Origin: a bacterium
GTDB taxonomy: Bacteria; Patescibacteriota; Minisyncoccia; Phycocordibacterales; UBA2100
Length of the DNA stretch: 64,000 bases
Reading direction: 5' to 3'
Assembly (NCBI GenBank): GCA_021781955.1
Contig: JAJXVV010000001.1
Location: 95,519 to 159,518, forward strand
Part shown: positions 1-10,341 of the stretch, in pieces
Numbering within the stretch: position 1 is the stretch's first letter
Layout of the letters: every line of letters begins with the position of its first letter
The notes under the pieces: generated by a model
Database searches by the model: none
Told to the model about the DNA's origin: nothing
Seen by the model: the letters and a program-made list of their open reading frames with translations, nothing else
Position numbers and translations under genes: made by a program

Positions 1-797
1 CGCAGGTCATCGGCAGCGCAGGCGGTCTCGCCGGGCTCGGGCAATCGAACGGCGGGCCCTCGTACCTCGCCGCCATCGCGCAGCAATCATCGTCCGGTCT
101 CAGCAACGTCGTCGCGAATGCCGTGCTGCAAAACCTCAATGGCTTGCTGCAGAGCGAGAACCAGTTCCTGAACTCGATCAGCAGCATCGCCTCCTCGCTC
201 CAGCAGAGCGAAGGGTCGCTGCGCAGCGCCGAGAGCCAATGCTGGACCCAGATAATCGCGCAGGCGTGCTCGAGCCAGCTCTCGGCCAATAACACCTGCA
301 CCGCCTCGAGCAGCGTCACGCTCAAGGTCGCCACTTCGACCGCGTTCTCCGATGCGGTCATCAACTCGCAGATAGCCCCGGCCGCAGCGGCCGCAACGAC
401 CTCGATGGCGCAATCGCAGGCGGGACTGCAGTACATAAACGACCTCGCTCAAGCCATGGCCTCCGGCAATATGAGCTCGCAGAACATTGCCTCGGCGCTG
501 GCCGATCAGCTTGTCGCCTCCTCTTCTGAAGCGCAATATGCCCAGACGGGCGTCCCGGTCGCGGGCGGGGGTATCGTACACTCCCAAAACCAGGTGAGGA
601 CGGCGCAATCCCAGCAGAGCGCGGTATCCGATCAGATGCAGACGCTCCTATCGAACACCGCCAACACGTGGGGCGGTCTCGGTACCGACGGCTCGAGCAA
701 CATCCCGTGGGACGGCACGACGAACCCCGGCAACGGCTGGTGCAACACGAGCAACCCCGCGACCATCACCGCATGGCAGCAGAAGTGGAAACAATAG
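1..797 (+). CDS. Ser/Gln/Ala-rich, Cys-containing protein of the T4SS-like cluster (5'-truncated by window edge)
   Basis: Frame of ORF 123..797 is open back to position 3; ends GWCN...WQQKWKQ-TAG; 2 nt before next ATG. Confidence 0.75.
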   Translation, partial: QVIGSAGGLAGLGQSNGGPSYLAAIAQQSSSGLSNVVANAVLQNLNGLLQSENQFLNSISSIASSLQQSEGSLRSAESQCWTQIIAQACSSQLSANNTCTASSSVTLKVATSTAFSDAVINSQIAPAAAAATTSMAQSQAGLQYINDLAQAMASGNMSSQNIASALADQLVASSSEAQYAQTGVPVAGGGIVHSQNQVRTAQSQQSAVSDQMQTLLSNTANTWGGLGTDGSSNIPWDGTTNPGNGWCNTSNPATITAWQQKWKQ

Positions 798-799
798 TT

Positions 800-3328
800 A
801 TGAGTTATTTTTCATTAAAAAAGGGGCTGTTGATGCTCGTGTTTGTCTTGAGTGCGGCCGCAATGCTACCGACATTCGCTTCGGCGGACACGCTTACGAC
901 TACCGACCTGCAGAAATTCTGCATTCTCGGACAAGACGTAAATGGTTGTAATTATATTATGTTCAACGATCAGGGTCAGCAGTGTTTTATGCCGGGCGAT
1001 AACACTCCTGGCCCTTCCGCAACGAACGTTGCGGACGCAAACACTTTGTATGCTCAAGGCTGTACTCATACCTTGAAGGGAGAAGTAGCAAAACGACAGC
1101 TGTCTTCATGCTACGACGGCTCAATTCTCTTGAGCGGCTGGGAATGTATTTGGTACGACATTGTCGCCAGCGTAGCCGCGCTCTTTATCTCTATTGCAGC
1201 ATGGTTGCTTGCGCTCGCCGGCTTCCTCTTCAACTGGCTCATGGACAACACCGTGATCTTGTTCGCCACTTCGATATATGGCAAAGCGGGGCCGGCGGTA
1301 GAATCCGCCTGGGCCGCATTCCGCGACATCGCCAACATCCTCATCATTGGCATCTTCACTTTCATCGCGATATCCATCATTCTCGGCCTAGAAGAATTCG
1401 GACAGAAAAAGCTCATCGCCCGCGTGCTTATCGTCGCGGTACTCATCAACTTCAGCCTCCTGTTCTCCAAAATGGCAATCGATGCGTCCAATTACCTTTC
1501 ATTGCAAATCTATTCCGCGAGCACGGGGCGTAGCGCCAATGATGCGCTCAACGACGTGAACGGCAACAACACCGTCGGCCAGAGCGGCGTCAATCCGTTC
1601 AACGGGTATGCCGATTCCGGCATCGCGGGCGCGTTCGTCGGGATTATGGGCGTGACCGGTATCACCGATGCGACACGAGCGCTTGTTATTCTCGCGGAAG
1701 AGCGAAACGGCGTCGGTGTGATGTTCGTGCACGGCCTACTCACCGCAGTGCTCTTCCTCGGTGCGGCTCTCGTGCTTTTGTACGGTTCGTTCTTGCTCAT
1801 CTCGCGCGCGATCATCCTCATTTTCTTGCTCGCCACCTCCTCAGTAGCGTTCGCCTCATACCTTATTCCCAAATGGGGGCACAGCAAGTTGGGCTGGGAC
1901 ACATGGACCCGATCGTTCATTTGGGCCGCGACGCTCGGCCCCATCCTTCTCCTGTTGCTCTGGATGACGCTCGACGTCGCCTACGCCATGCGCAGCAAAG
2001 TAGGTACCTTGGGCGACCTCACCACGAATCCCACGAACGGTGCCGACATGAGCGCGCTCTTCGTGTACCTCATTACGCTTGGTCTTCTGTTCATATCGTT
2101 CCGTGTCGCGAGCATGGCGGCAAACAAGGTCAGCGGATTCGACTTCGCCGCGATGGCGACGGTATTGCCGCTCACGCTCGGCTCCCGCATGGCCGGCTTC
2201 GCACTGCGCCAAACCGCTGGCTGGGCCGGGTACGGGTACCAAAAGAGTCAGACCGCTCAGGCGCAATCTGACCGTGACAGAGCGATGCGTGCCAGGATGC
2301 AAGAACAAGCTGCCCTTAATCGAGGCGATGCGCGGTACGCCAAGAAATTTGGTGACCTCGCTGCTGGATACGAGAAACGCGCAGCGGGCCGCCTGAAGAA
2401 CGCCGCCCGTGGTGGCGCTATCGCGAGCAGCAAGTTCAACCTCATGAATACCGGGGCCGCACAACAAGCAATGAAGGCGGCGGGCGTCTCCGGGTTTGCG
2501 ACAGGGGCGAGCTCAAAGGGAGCGAAGAGCTATGCTGACCGCGTCAAAGCTGATGCTGACGCGATCGAAAAGCAAACTCGCGCTGCGGCCGCCGGGGTTA
2601 ATGAAGGTGATATTCGTAAACAAACAGAGAGCAAAGTGCGCGAAGAGCGTGAACGTGCCCGGAAAGAGGCGGACGCGCGACGGGATGATGCGAAGAATCA
2701 GGTCGACGCTATCCGCAATGCGGCGGAACAAGAAAAAGAAGGCCTGAAAGACGGCATCCAGAAATTGAGTGAAGACCTCAAGGCAGCGCAGTCCGCGCCG
2801 AACGCGGCTGAGGCAAGACGCGCGAACGAACTAAGAGACGCGGCAGATCGCAACGCAGGGGCCAATGAGATCATGCGAATAAAAGCTCGGCACGAAAGTG
2901 AGATGTACCAAGAGAAAGCGAAGATCGAGCAGGTAAAGAAGAACATCGAAGAAGAACAGCGACGCATCCAACCCGATCTGGCCGCCATAGACGCCAAGTA
3001 TGCCTCTAGTTTGAAGAAGGCGACGGATGCGCTCGACGATCTCGACAGCCAAGTCAAAAGATTCAGTAAAGATTCGGCCGAATCGAAAGAACTCATAAAG
3101 CAGGCCGGTGACGCATCGATCAACGCGGCTCGGCAGACCGTCCAGAATATCGCCTCAGGCGTAAGGCATGGTGTTTTGCGAAATCCGATGGAAAGGGAGC
3201 TCGTCGCGAAGGAAGTTCGAGGTCGGTATAAGTCGAGTGCCGAAAAATCGAGCGTTCTGAAGACAATCGAAGAGGCGACTAAGGCCACAGAAAAGCCTGC
3301 CGCTCCGGCAGCTGAACAGGGAAAATAG
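800..3328 (+). CDS. VirB6/TrbL-like T4SS membrane protein with long charged coiled-coil C-terminus
   Basis: ATG 800 (MSYFSLKK, signal-like); W..FRDIANI, LI.RVLIVAVLINFSLLF motifs, many TM segments; upstream of prgI/virB4-like genes. Confidence 0.75.
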   Translation: MSYFSLKKGLLMLVFVLSAAAMLPTFASADTLTTTDLQKFCILGQDVNGCNYIMFNDQGQQCFMPGDNTPGPSATNVADANTLYAQGCTHTLKGEVAKRQLSSCYDGSILLSGWECIWYDIVASVAALFISIAAWLLALAGFLFNWLMDNTVILFATSIYGKAGPAVESAWAAFRDIANILIIGIFTFIAISIILGLEEFGQKKLIARVLIVAVLINFSLLFSKMAIDASNYLSLQIYSASTGRSANDALNDVNGNNTVGQSGVNPFNGYADSGIAGAFVGIMGVTGITDATRALVILAEERNGVGVMFVHGLLTAVLFLGAALVLLYGSFLLISRAIILIFLLATSSVAFASYLIPKWGHSKLGWDTWTRSFIWAATLGPILLLLLWMTLDVAYAMRSKVGTLGDLTTNPTNGADMSALFVYLITLGLLFISFRVASMAANKVSGFDFAAMATVLPLTLGSRMAGFALRQTAGWAGYGYQKSQTAQAQSDRDRAMRARMQEQAALNRGDARYAKKFGDLAAGYEKRAAGRLKNAARGGAIASSKFNLMNTGAAQQAMKAAGVSGFATGASSKGAKSYADRVKADADAIEKQTRAAAAGVNEGDIRKQTESKVREERERARKEADARRDDAKNQVDAIRNAAEQEKEGLKDGIQKLSEDLKAAQSAPNAAEARRANELRDAADRNAGANEIMRIKARHESEMYQEKAKIEQVKKNIEEEQRRIQPDLAAIDAKYASSLKKATDALDDLDSQVKRFSKDSAESKELIKQAGDASINAARQTVQNIASGVRHGVLRNPMERELVAKEVRGRYKSSAEKSSVLKTIEEATKATEKPAAPAAEQGK

Positions 3329-3329
3329 T

Positions 3330-3878
3330 ATGGGACCGCAAGAACAGAGCGTTGACCAGCAATTAGCGGAGCAGTTCAAGGGGCTGCCGCCGGTGGTGCA
3401 GAACGCCATCACATCCGCCGACGTGCAGAAACACCTGCGCGACCTCGCGAATACCCACAAGCTCCACCTCGATCAATGGCAATTGCTCGAGAACGAGGTC
3501 ATGCTGACCTTGCTCGGCATCCAACCCATCGAGAACCTCGAACAAAACATCAAGAACGAGGTCGGCGTGCCTGCGGAAGACGCCAAGGCGCTTGCCGAGG
3601 ACATCTCCACAATAGTCTTCGAGCCGATCCGCGAAGAACTCGAGCGCGCGCTCAACAATCCCGACGCGAAGGCTGCGGCGGAAAGCGATGTCGAGGCCGC
3701 GCGGACGCAGGCGCTCGCCGCAGAACGCGCGGCGGCGGTCGCGCCGGCGACGCCGCCGCCTCCGCCGCCCGAGCAGAAAGCCGAACGCGCGCAGATCTCG
3801 CAGGCATACGCGTCGGGGGAGAGCTCGACCGCGCGCAAGAACATCCACGACGACCCCTATCGCGAGACGCCGCAGTGA
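3330..3878 (+). CDS. Conserved hypothetical protein with Pro-rich linker, ends DPYRE
   Basis: 182 aa ORF tightly packed in the cluster. Confidence 0.75.
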   Translation: MGPQEQSVDQQLAEQFKGLPPVVQNAITSADVQKHLRDLANTHKLHLDQWQLLENEVMLTLLGIQPIENLEQNIKNEVGVPAEDAKALAEDISTIVFEPIREELERALNNPDAKAAAESDVEAARTQALAAERAAAVAPATPPPPPPEQKAERAQISQAYASGESSTARKNIHDDPYRETPQ

Positions 3879-3901
3879 GTGGACGCTGATATAATAGGCG
3901 C

Positions 3902-4402
3902 ATGCAGTTCCAGGTGCCGCAGTTCATTGAGGTCGAGGACAAAATCTTCGGCCCGCTCACGTTCAAGCAGTTTATCTACATCGGCGGCGGCTTGGGCGCG
4001 AGCTATTTGCTCTGGCGCCTATTGCCCGTCTATCTCGCAAGCCCCTTGATTGCGATCATCGTCGGATTCGCGGCAGGGCTCGCGTTCTTCCAGTTCAACG
4101 GCCGTCCGCTCATTATCGCGGTCGAGCACGCTTTTTTCTTCTTCATGCACGGCAAGCTCTACCTCTGGGACAACACGCGCAAGGTGAAACGGCTTCCGGA
4201 AATGATCAAAGCTTCGCCGCTCGCCTCGAGCGTATACGTGCCGCACCTCTCGGAGAGCCGCCTCCACGAGCTCGCGTGGAGCCTCGACATCAAGGAACGT
4301 ATCGCGGCCGGGGTCGCCGGCGAGGACGAGAAGCGGCTAGCGCGCACGCAAGATCGCCTCGTCGAGCCGATGCGCACCGCGCGCGAAGCGCTCGGGCACT
4401 GA
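3902..4402 (+). CDS. PrgI-family (VirB3-like) membrane protein
   Basis: MQFQVPQFIEVEDKIFGPLTFKQF signature, two TM helices, NGRP. Confidence 0.85.
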   Translation: MQFQVPQFIEVEDKIFGPLTFKQFIYIGGGLGASYLLWRLLPVYLASPLIAIIVGFAAGLAFFQFNGRPLIIAVEHAFFFFMHGKLYLWDNTRKVKRLPEMIKASPLASSVYVPHLSESRLHELAWSLDIKERIAAGVAGEDEKRLARTQDRLVEPMRTAREALGH

Positions 4403-4412
4403 TCAAGAACGT

Positions 4413-5075
4413 ATGCCCCCTGCCCAAAACACCGCGCGCGCCTCGAGTCGTTCCACCCAAGACTTTTTGCCGGTCTCGGAAGTGCGCGACGGCATCGTGG
4501 TGCTCAAAGACGGCGGCCTGCGGGCGATACTGCTCGCCTCATCGCTCAACTTCGCCCTCAAAAGCGAGGATGAGCAGACCGCGTTCATCGTACAGTTCCA
4601 GAACTTCCTCAATTCGCTCGACTTCTCCTGCCAGATATTCGTGCAGTCTCGCATGCTCGACATACGCCCCTATGTTGCCACGCTCGAGGTCGCGTACAAG
4701 AACCAGCTCGATGACCTCATGCGCACCCAAATACGCGAATATATCGAGTTCGTGAAAAGCTTCACGGAAGCTGCCAATATCATGACCAAGAATTTCTTCG
4801 TGGTCGTTCCATACTCGCCGGCTCTCGCTTCCGCGCAAAAAGGGCCGCTCTCGCTCTTGCCGTTCGGCGGTAAACCGCAGAATCCCGAGGACGCGAACCG
4901 CACGTTCGAAGAACAGACTTCCCAGCTCGAGCAGCGCATCTCTATCGTGCAGCAAGGCCTGGTGCGCACCGGCGTGCGCACCGTGCAGCTCGGTACTGAA
5001 GAGGCGATCGAACTGCTCTACAAAATGTTCAATCCCGGCGAGGAGGGGAAACCGATGCCGCTCGATAGTCAGTAG
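4413..5075 (+). CDS. VirB4 N-terminal-like / TraC-associated T4SS protein
   Basis: STQDFL...DGIVVLKDG...SLNFALKSEDEQ...FQNFLNSLDF; sits between prgI and the VirB4 ATPase. Confidence 0.75.
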   Translation: MPPAQNTARASSRSTQDFLPVSEVRDGIVVLKDGGLRAILLASSLNFALKSEDEQTAFIVQFQNFLNSLDFSCQIFVQSRMLDIRPYVATLEVAYKNQLDDLMRTQIREYIEFVKSFTEAANIMTKNFFVVVPYSPALASAQKGPLSLLPFGGKPQNPEDANRTFEEQTSQLEQRISIVQQGLVRTGVRTVQLGTEEAIELLYKMFNPGEEGKPMPLDSQ

Positions 5076-5157
5076 GCGGGGACATCTCGCACCTGCCGCG
5101 CGGAAAAACACGATACAATGTGAGGACGTACCGGACACTGCGTACGGCACTTTACGT

Positions 5158-7062
5158 ATGGCGCTCAGCGATTTCCTTCCGTTCGGCAAGAAAACAGACG
5201 CGAACCCGCCGATGCTGCCCGTGCTGCCCGAAGAGATATACAAGTCGGGCGTGCTCGATCTGCAAGACGTCATCGCGCCGCACGCGCTGAAAGTCAACCC
5301 GCGCGAGCTCGACTTGGGCGAGCGTATCGCCCGCACCTTTTTCGTCATTTCCTACCCGCGATTCCTCACCACCGGATGGTTCGCGCCCATCATCAACATG
5401 GACAAGATCATCGACATATCTATTTTCGTCCACCCGATGGATACCAACGAGATGCTCCGCAAGTTCCAGAAGAAGGTCGCCGAGGTGCAGAGCCAGATCT
5501 CGCAGCGCGAGCAGAAGGGGATGGTGCGCGATCCGATGCTCGACACCGCCTACCAAGATCTCGAACAGCTGCGCGACAACCTCCAGCAAGCGCAGGAACG
5601 CATGTTCGACGTGGGACTCTACCTCACGATCTACGGCAACACGCGGGAGGAAATCGACAAAGTAGAGACCGAGGTGCGTTCCATTCTCGAATCCCGCCTC
5701 GTTTACATCCGCCCCGCGCTCTTCCAGCAAGAGCAGGGCTTCCGCTCGGTCTTGCCGCTCGGGAACGATGAGCTCGATGTGCACACGAAACTCAATTCCG
5801 CGCCGCTCTCCTCCATTTTCCCGTTCATATCCTTCGACCTCACCTCTGATCGCGGCATCCTCTACGGCATCAACCGCCACAATTCCTCGCTCATCCTCTT
5901 CGATCGATTCTCGCTTGAGAACTACAACTCTGTGACCTTCGCTAAGTCAGGCGCCGGCAAAAGCTACACGACGAAACTCGAGATCCTTCGCTCACTCATG
6001 TTCGACACCGAGGTCATCGTCATAGACCCCGAACGCGAATACGAATACTTGGCGGAGATGGTCGGCGGCCGCTACTTCAACATCTCGCTTTCTTCGGAGC
6101 ACCATATCAACCCCTTCGACCTTCCCATTCCGCGCGAGGACGAGAGCCCCTCGGACGTGCTTCGCAACAACATCATCACGCTTGTCGGACTCTTCCGCAT
6201 CATGCTCGGAGGCCTCACACCCGAAGAAGACGCCATCATCGACAAGGCCATCACGGAAACATACGCGCTCAAGGACATCACCGCCGACGTCAACTTCGCT
6301 GCGGTCGAGCCCCCGCTCCTTTCCGACTTCGAGCTCGTGCTCTCTGGCATGGAGGGGAGCGAATCGCTCGTGCAGCGACTCTCGAAGTACACCAAGGGCA
6401 CGTGGTCGGGCTTCATGAACCGGCCGACGAATGTGGACATGAACAAGAAGCTCGTCGTTTTCTCGGTGCGCGATATGGAAGACGACCTCAAGCCGGTCGC
6501 CATGTACATCATCACGCACCACATCTGGAACGCGGTGCGCAAAGAGCTGCGCAAGCGACTCCTCGTCATCGACGAGGCGTGGTGGATGATGCGTTCCGAG
6601 GACACAGCATCGTTCCTCTTCGGAATCGCGAAACGCGGCCGCAAGTACTACCTCGGGATATCGACGATAACGCAGGACGTGTCCGACTTCCTCAATTCAC
6701 CGTACGGCGTGCCGATGATCACCAACTCATCGATCCAGATGCTCTTGCGCCAGTCGCCGACCTCGGTCGACCTCGTGCAATCCACCTTCAAGCTCTCCGA
6801 CGAAGAGAAGTACCTGCTCCTTGAGAGCGATGTGGGGGAGGGGATCTTCTTCGCGGGACTAAAGCATGTCGCCATCAAGGTCATCGCTTCGTACACCGAG
6901 GATCAGATCATCACGTCCGATCCGTCCCAGATCCTCGCCATCAAAAAAGCGAAGCAGGAACTGGCGAATGCCGAGCCGGAAAGCGTTCCAACGGCTGCTG
7001 CGCACTCCGCTCCGGGGGAGGACACCCAGCCGATCGGCGCTTCACCTTTTGCCTCTGTATGA
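5158..7062 (+). CDS. virB4: VirB4-family T4SS ATPase
   Basis: Walker A AKSGAGKS, VIDPEREY, HINPFD, Walker B LLVIDEAW, KRGRKY, ITQD. Confidence 0.9.
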   Translation: MALSDFLPFGKKTDANPPMLPVLPEEIYKSGVLDLQDVIAPHALKVNPRELDLGERIARTFFVISYPRFLTTGWFAPIINMDKIIDISIFVHPMDTNEMLRKFQKKVAEVQSQISQREQKGMVRDPMLDTAYQDLEQLRDNLQQAQERMFDVGLYLTIYGNTREEIDKVETEVRSILESRLVYIRPALFQQEQGFRSVLPLGNDELDVHTKLNSAPLSSIFPFISFDLTSDRGILYGINRHNSSLILFDRFSLENYNSVTFAKSGAGKSYTTKLEILRSLMFDTEVIVIDPEREYEYLAEMVGGRYFNISLSSEHHINPFDLPIPREDESPSDVLRNNIITLVGLFRIMLGGLTPEEDAIIDKAITETYALKDITADVNFAAVEPPLLSDFELVLSGMEGSESLVQRLSKYTKGTWSGFMNRPTNVDMNKKLVVFSVRDMEDDLKPVAMYIITHHIWNAVRKELRKRLLVIDEAWWMMRSEDTASFLFGIAKRGRKYYLGISTITQDVSDFLNSPYGVPMITNSSIQMLLRQSPTSVDLVQSTFKLSDEEKYLLLESDVGEGIFFAGLKHVAIKVIASYTEDQIITSDPSQILAIKKAKQELANAEPESVPTAAAHSAPGEDTQPIGASPFASV

Positions 7063-8120
7063 GATACCCGTTCACGTTCGCCTTGCTCACGCTTTTCCTT
7101 TCTGCCGCGCCGACGCTCGCGAGCGCGCAACTCCTCACGGCGAGCGGGTTCGGCACGAATCTCTCCATCGCGCTTTCACCGCAGAGCCCGCGCCCAGGAC
7201 AGCAGGTGCTCCTCACCGCGCAAGGCGTCGGCATCGACCTCCAGGGCAGTTCCATCGTCTGGCACGCGGGCGGAAACATCATCGCGCAGGGAGTCGGCGC
7301 GAACACCGCAACCCTGACGGCGGGCGCGCTTGGAAGCGTGGTTCCGATCGAGGTCGACGTCGCGACGCAAGGCGGCGGCACCTACTCCGCGCAGGCGACC
7401 ATCGCACCGACAACGCTCGACCTCCTGGTGAGCTCGGACTCATACGTGCCGCCCTTCTTCCGTGGCCGCGCATTTCCGAGCGCGGGCACCGATCTCCTCG
7501 TTCAGGCCGTCCCTACGTTCGTGCGCGCTGATGGCAGCACCATCCCGGTATCATCGATCACGTTCACCTGGAAAAAGGACGGCCAAGTGCTCGGCGCGCT
7601 CTCGGGAGCCGGGCGATCGCTGGCGGTCATACCGATCGAACACGTGTACGGCAACAATACCGTGACCGTGACCGCGGTCTCATCGGACGGTTCGCTTTCG
7701 GGCGAAGCGACGGTGTCGCTCCCGACCACAAACCCGGTACTCGACCTCTACGAGGATCATCCGCTGTACGGCATCCTGTTCAATAACGCGCTCTCGCCCC
7801 TCTCGACCATCGGCGAGAACGAAGTGACGTTCGCTGCCATACCGTACTTCATGCAGGCACAGAGCACTGCGGACCGGCAGCTCGCCTACCGCTGGAGCGT
7901 CAACGGCAACACCGTTGACGTGAGCCCTTCGGATCCGAACGAGATAACCGTGAACGCGAACAATTCCAGCGGACAAGCGGCCATCGCGCTCGACCTCACG
8001 CATTCTGGAAACTTCTACCTCGAACCGAGCGGCACCTGGAACATCACCCTCTCAGCGAACGGCTCCGGCAGCGGCTCCGGGGGCGGCAGCACGACCAGCC
8101 CATTCGCCAGTCCGCACTGA
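7059..8120 (+). CDS. Secreted beta-rich (Ig-like) protein
   Basis: Signal peptide; SYVPPFFRGRAFP motif; ATGA overlap with virB4. Confidence 0.75.
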   Translation: MRYPFTFALLTLFLSAAPTLASAQLLTASGFGTNLSIALSPQSPRPGQQVLLTAQGVGIDLQGSSIVWHAGGNIIAQGVGANTATLTAGALGSVVPIEVDVATQGGGTYSAQATIAPTTLDLLVSSDSYVPPFFRGRAFPSAGTDLLVQAVPTFVRADGSTIPVSSITFTWKKDGQVLGALSGAGRSLAVIPIEHVYGNNTVTVTAVSSDGSLSGEATVSLPTTNPVLDLYEDHPLYGILFNNALSPLSTIGENEVTFAAIPYFMQAQSTADRQLAYRWSVNGNTVDVSPSDPNEITVNANNSSGQAAIALDLTHSGNFYLEPSGTWNITLSANGSGSGSGGGSTTSPFASPH

Positions 8121-8125
8121 ACACG

Positions 8126-9340
8126 ATGCGTATGAACGTGCAAAAATTCGTCCAGTACCTCCTGATCGCGATCCTTGTGATCGTCCTCGGCGCGCTCGCC
8201 GGTTGGTACCTGTTCTTGCACGCGCAGAGCATCAAGAACCAAGCGCTGAGCACCGATCTCGGGCTTGGCGCACCAGCCCCCTTTGGAACGACGCAGGGCA
8301 CGAGCGGCGGATTCAGCACCATGAGCGCGAGCACAAGCACGGGAACGGGCGGGAGCGCACAGCCGCCGCAATTATGGCACGTGACGACCGCGCCGATCGC
8401 TGGTTTTGCGTTCGCCTCATCAACCGACGGCATGGTCGTGCGCTATGTCGAGCGGGCCACCGGCTACGTGTTCGAGGCGAACCTCACGACCGGCACCATC
8501 GTCCGCCTCACCAATACGCTCTCTCCAAAAATATATGAGGCGCAGTTCGCCCCTCCCGACCGGGTCGCGGAACGCTCCATCGACAATGGGGGGAACATAA
8601 CGACGTTCGCGGGGCTCTACGGCGTCGGGACATCGTCGGCGCTCACCGGCACCTCGTTCGCCGCCAACATCGAAGCGCTCGCGGCCGACCCATCATCGAA
8701 CAACGTCTTCTCGCTCATCGACAAGGGAAGCGGGGTCGTCGGCGTCATTTCCGGGTGGGACGGATCGAAGCCGAAGCAAGTGTTCAGCTCCGGCGTACCT
8801 GGCTGGCGCGCATGGTGGCTCCCCGACGGACGTATCGTACTCGAGCAAAACGCGGCCGATTCCGTGCTCGGCTACAGCTACGTGCTCAGGAACGGGGCGC
8901 AAACACCGCTCATCGATCCGCTTCCCGGACTCACCGCGATCCCTCAATCCGGCTCGGCCGCGCTTCTCTACAGCACCTCGCAGAACGGCGCGCTCTCGCT
9001 CTATGTTCGGCCTGCGGGGAGCAGCACGCCGCTCCAACTCCCGCTCGCGACGCTCGCCGATAAGTGCGCGTGGGCGCCGAACAGCCCGACCGTCTACTGC
9101 GGCGCACCGCAGACGACGCCTGGAGCGGACTTCCTCGACGCATGGTACCGTGGCGAGGCGCACAGCGCCGATGCCATGTGGAGTATCGACACATCCTCCG
9201 GAAAAGCCGCCCAAATATTCGCACCGAGCTCAAGCGCGGCGCTCGACGTCGACGAACCGTCGGTCGACGGCAGCGGTTCGTACTTCGGCTTCATCAACGC
9301 ATCCGACCTTTCGCTCTGGGTCCTGCGGCTCGGCCGATAA
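8126..9340 (+). CDS. Membrane-anchored probable beta-propeller protein
   Basis: N-terminal TM, low-complexity linker, RYVERATG, TLADKCAW, YCGAP, WYRGE. Confidence 0.75.
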   Translation: MRMNVQKFVQYLLIAILVIVLGALAGWYLFLHAQSIKNQALSTDLGLGAPAPFGTTQGTSGGFSTMSASTSTGTGGSAQPPQLWHVTTAPIAGFAFASSTDGMVVRYVERATGYVFEANLTTGTIVRLTNTLSPKIYEAQFAPPDRVAERSIDNGGNITTFAGLYGVGTSSALTGTSFAANIEALAADPSSNNVFSLIDKGSGVVGVISGWDGSKPKQVFSSGVPGWRAWWLPDGRIVLEQNAADSVLGYSYVLRNGAQTPLIDPLPGLTAIPQSGSAALLYSTSQNGALSLYVRPAGSSTPLQLPLATLADKCAWAPNSPTVYCGAPQTTPGADFLDAWYRGEAHSADAMWSIDTSSGKAAQIFAPSSSAALDVDEPSVDGSGSYFGFINASDLSLWVLRLGR

Positions 9341-9346
9341 CATCGT

Positions 9347-9784
9347 ATGCGGAACTTCTCTCGCGTGAACACCGTACTCGGTCTCGTACTGCTAAGCGCG
9401 ACGCTCGCGCCAATGCTCGCGCTCGCGCAGCAGAACTGCACGACAGCAAGCGGTTTCGTGCAGCTCGCATGCACGCCCTCTGGCGCACTAAGCAACCTCT
9501 ATAGTTCGCAAGGGGACCTGAGCTCGTTCATCAACTCGCTCTTCAAATTCGCCATCGCGATCGGCGCCATAGGCGCCGTACTGCGGCTCGTGTACGCCGG
9601 ATATCTCTACATGGGTTCGGACCTCTGGAACAAGAAAAGCCAAGCAAAACAGATCATGAGCGACGTCACGATTGGCCTTCTGCTCCTCTTGGGCATCTGG
9701 CTCATTCTCTACCAGATCAACCCTGACATCGTCAGCCTGAGCGCGCTCAAGACCATCACGCCTCCGCAAACACAGTCGCAGTAA
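9347..9784 (+). CDS. T4SS pilin-like protein (VirB2/TrbC-like)
   Basis: Signal peptide, Cys pair, hydrophobic hairpin YAGYLYM...AK.I....IGLLLLL..WLILYQINPD. Confidence 0.75.
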   Translation: MRNFSRVNTVLGLVLLSATLAPMLALAQQNCTTASGFVQLACTPSGALSNLYSSQGDLSSFINSLFKFAIAIGAIGAVLRLVYAGYLYMGSDLWNKKSQAKQIMSDVTIGLLLLLGIWLILYQINPDIVSLSALKTITPPQTQSQ

Positions 9785-9810
9785 CACGTGCTCGACAATA
9801 TCCGCTGCGC

Positions 9811-10290
9811 TTAGTCCGCAGCGTACTTGATGACGACCCGCCGGTTGCGGCCTTCGCCCTGCGATTCGGTCTTGATGTGAGGCGCGTCGTGAAGCGTCGT
9901 ATGGACGATGAGGCGCTCGTACGCGGTCATGGGGGAGAGCTCGACGTCGTACTGGAACGAGCGCGCCCGCTCCGCCATCATGAATGCTTTGGTCTGTAGT
10001 TCTTTGATCTGCTTCGTCCGATAGTCGTTGACGTCAACGAGGAACAGCGCCCCGCCATGCTTCTCGTCCGCATCCGCTCCTTCGGGAGGCGGGTTGCGTC
10101 GCTCATATATCTTTTTCACGAGCAAGTCTATCGCATGAATGGTGTCGCCGTGGCCTCCGATGAGGGTCCGCGCGTCATCGGTCCGTATCGAGTATATCTC
10201 CTGACCAGCTAACACCTCCTTCTCGACGGAGGAGTACGCCATGCCGCTGGAATCGAGCAGTTCTTTGATGATAGCCTCAGGAGAATTCAT
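9811..10290 (-). CDS. jag: Jag/KhpB RNA-binding protein (KH + R3H), short form
   Basis: LIGGHGDT, VDVNDYR, LSPMTAYERLIVH, TESQGEG; canonical position after yidC. Confidence 0.9.
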   Translation of the reverse strand: MNSPEAIIKELLDSSGMAYSSVEKEVLAGQEIYSIRTDDARTLIGGHGDTIHAIDLLVKKIYERRNPPPEGADADEKHGGALFLVDVNDYRTKQIKELQTKAFMMAERARSFQYDVELSPMTAYERLIVHTTLHDAPHIKTESQGEGRNRRVVIKYAAD

Positions 10291-10341
10291 GGAGTGACTC
10301 TACCACAGAGCGTCCCAGGTTCCAAAAAACGCGCAGAACGC

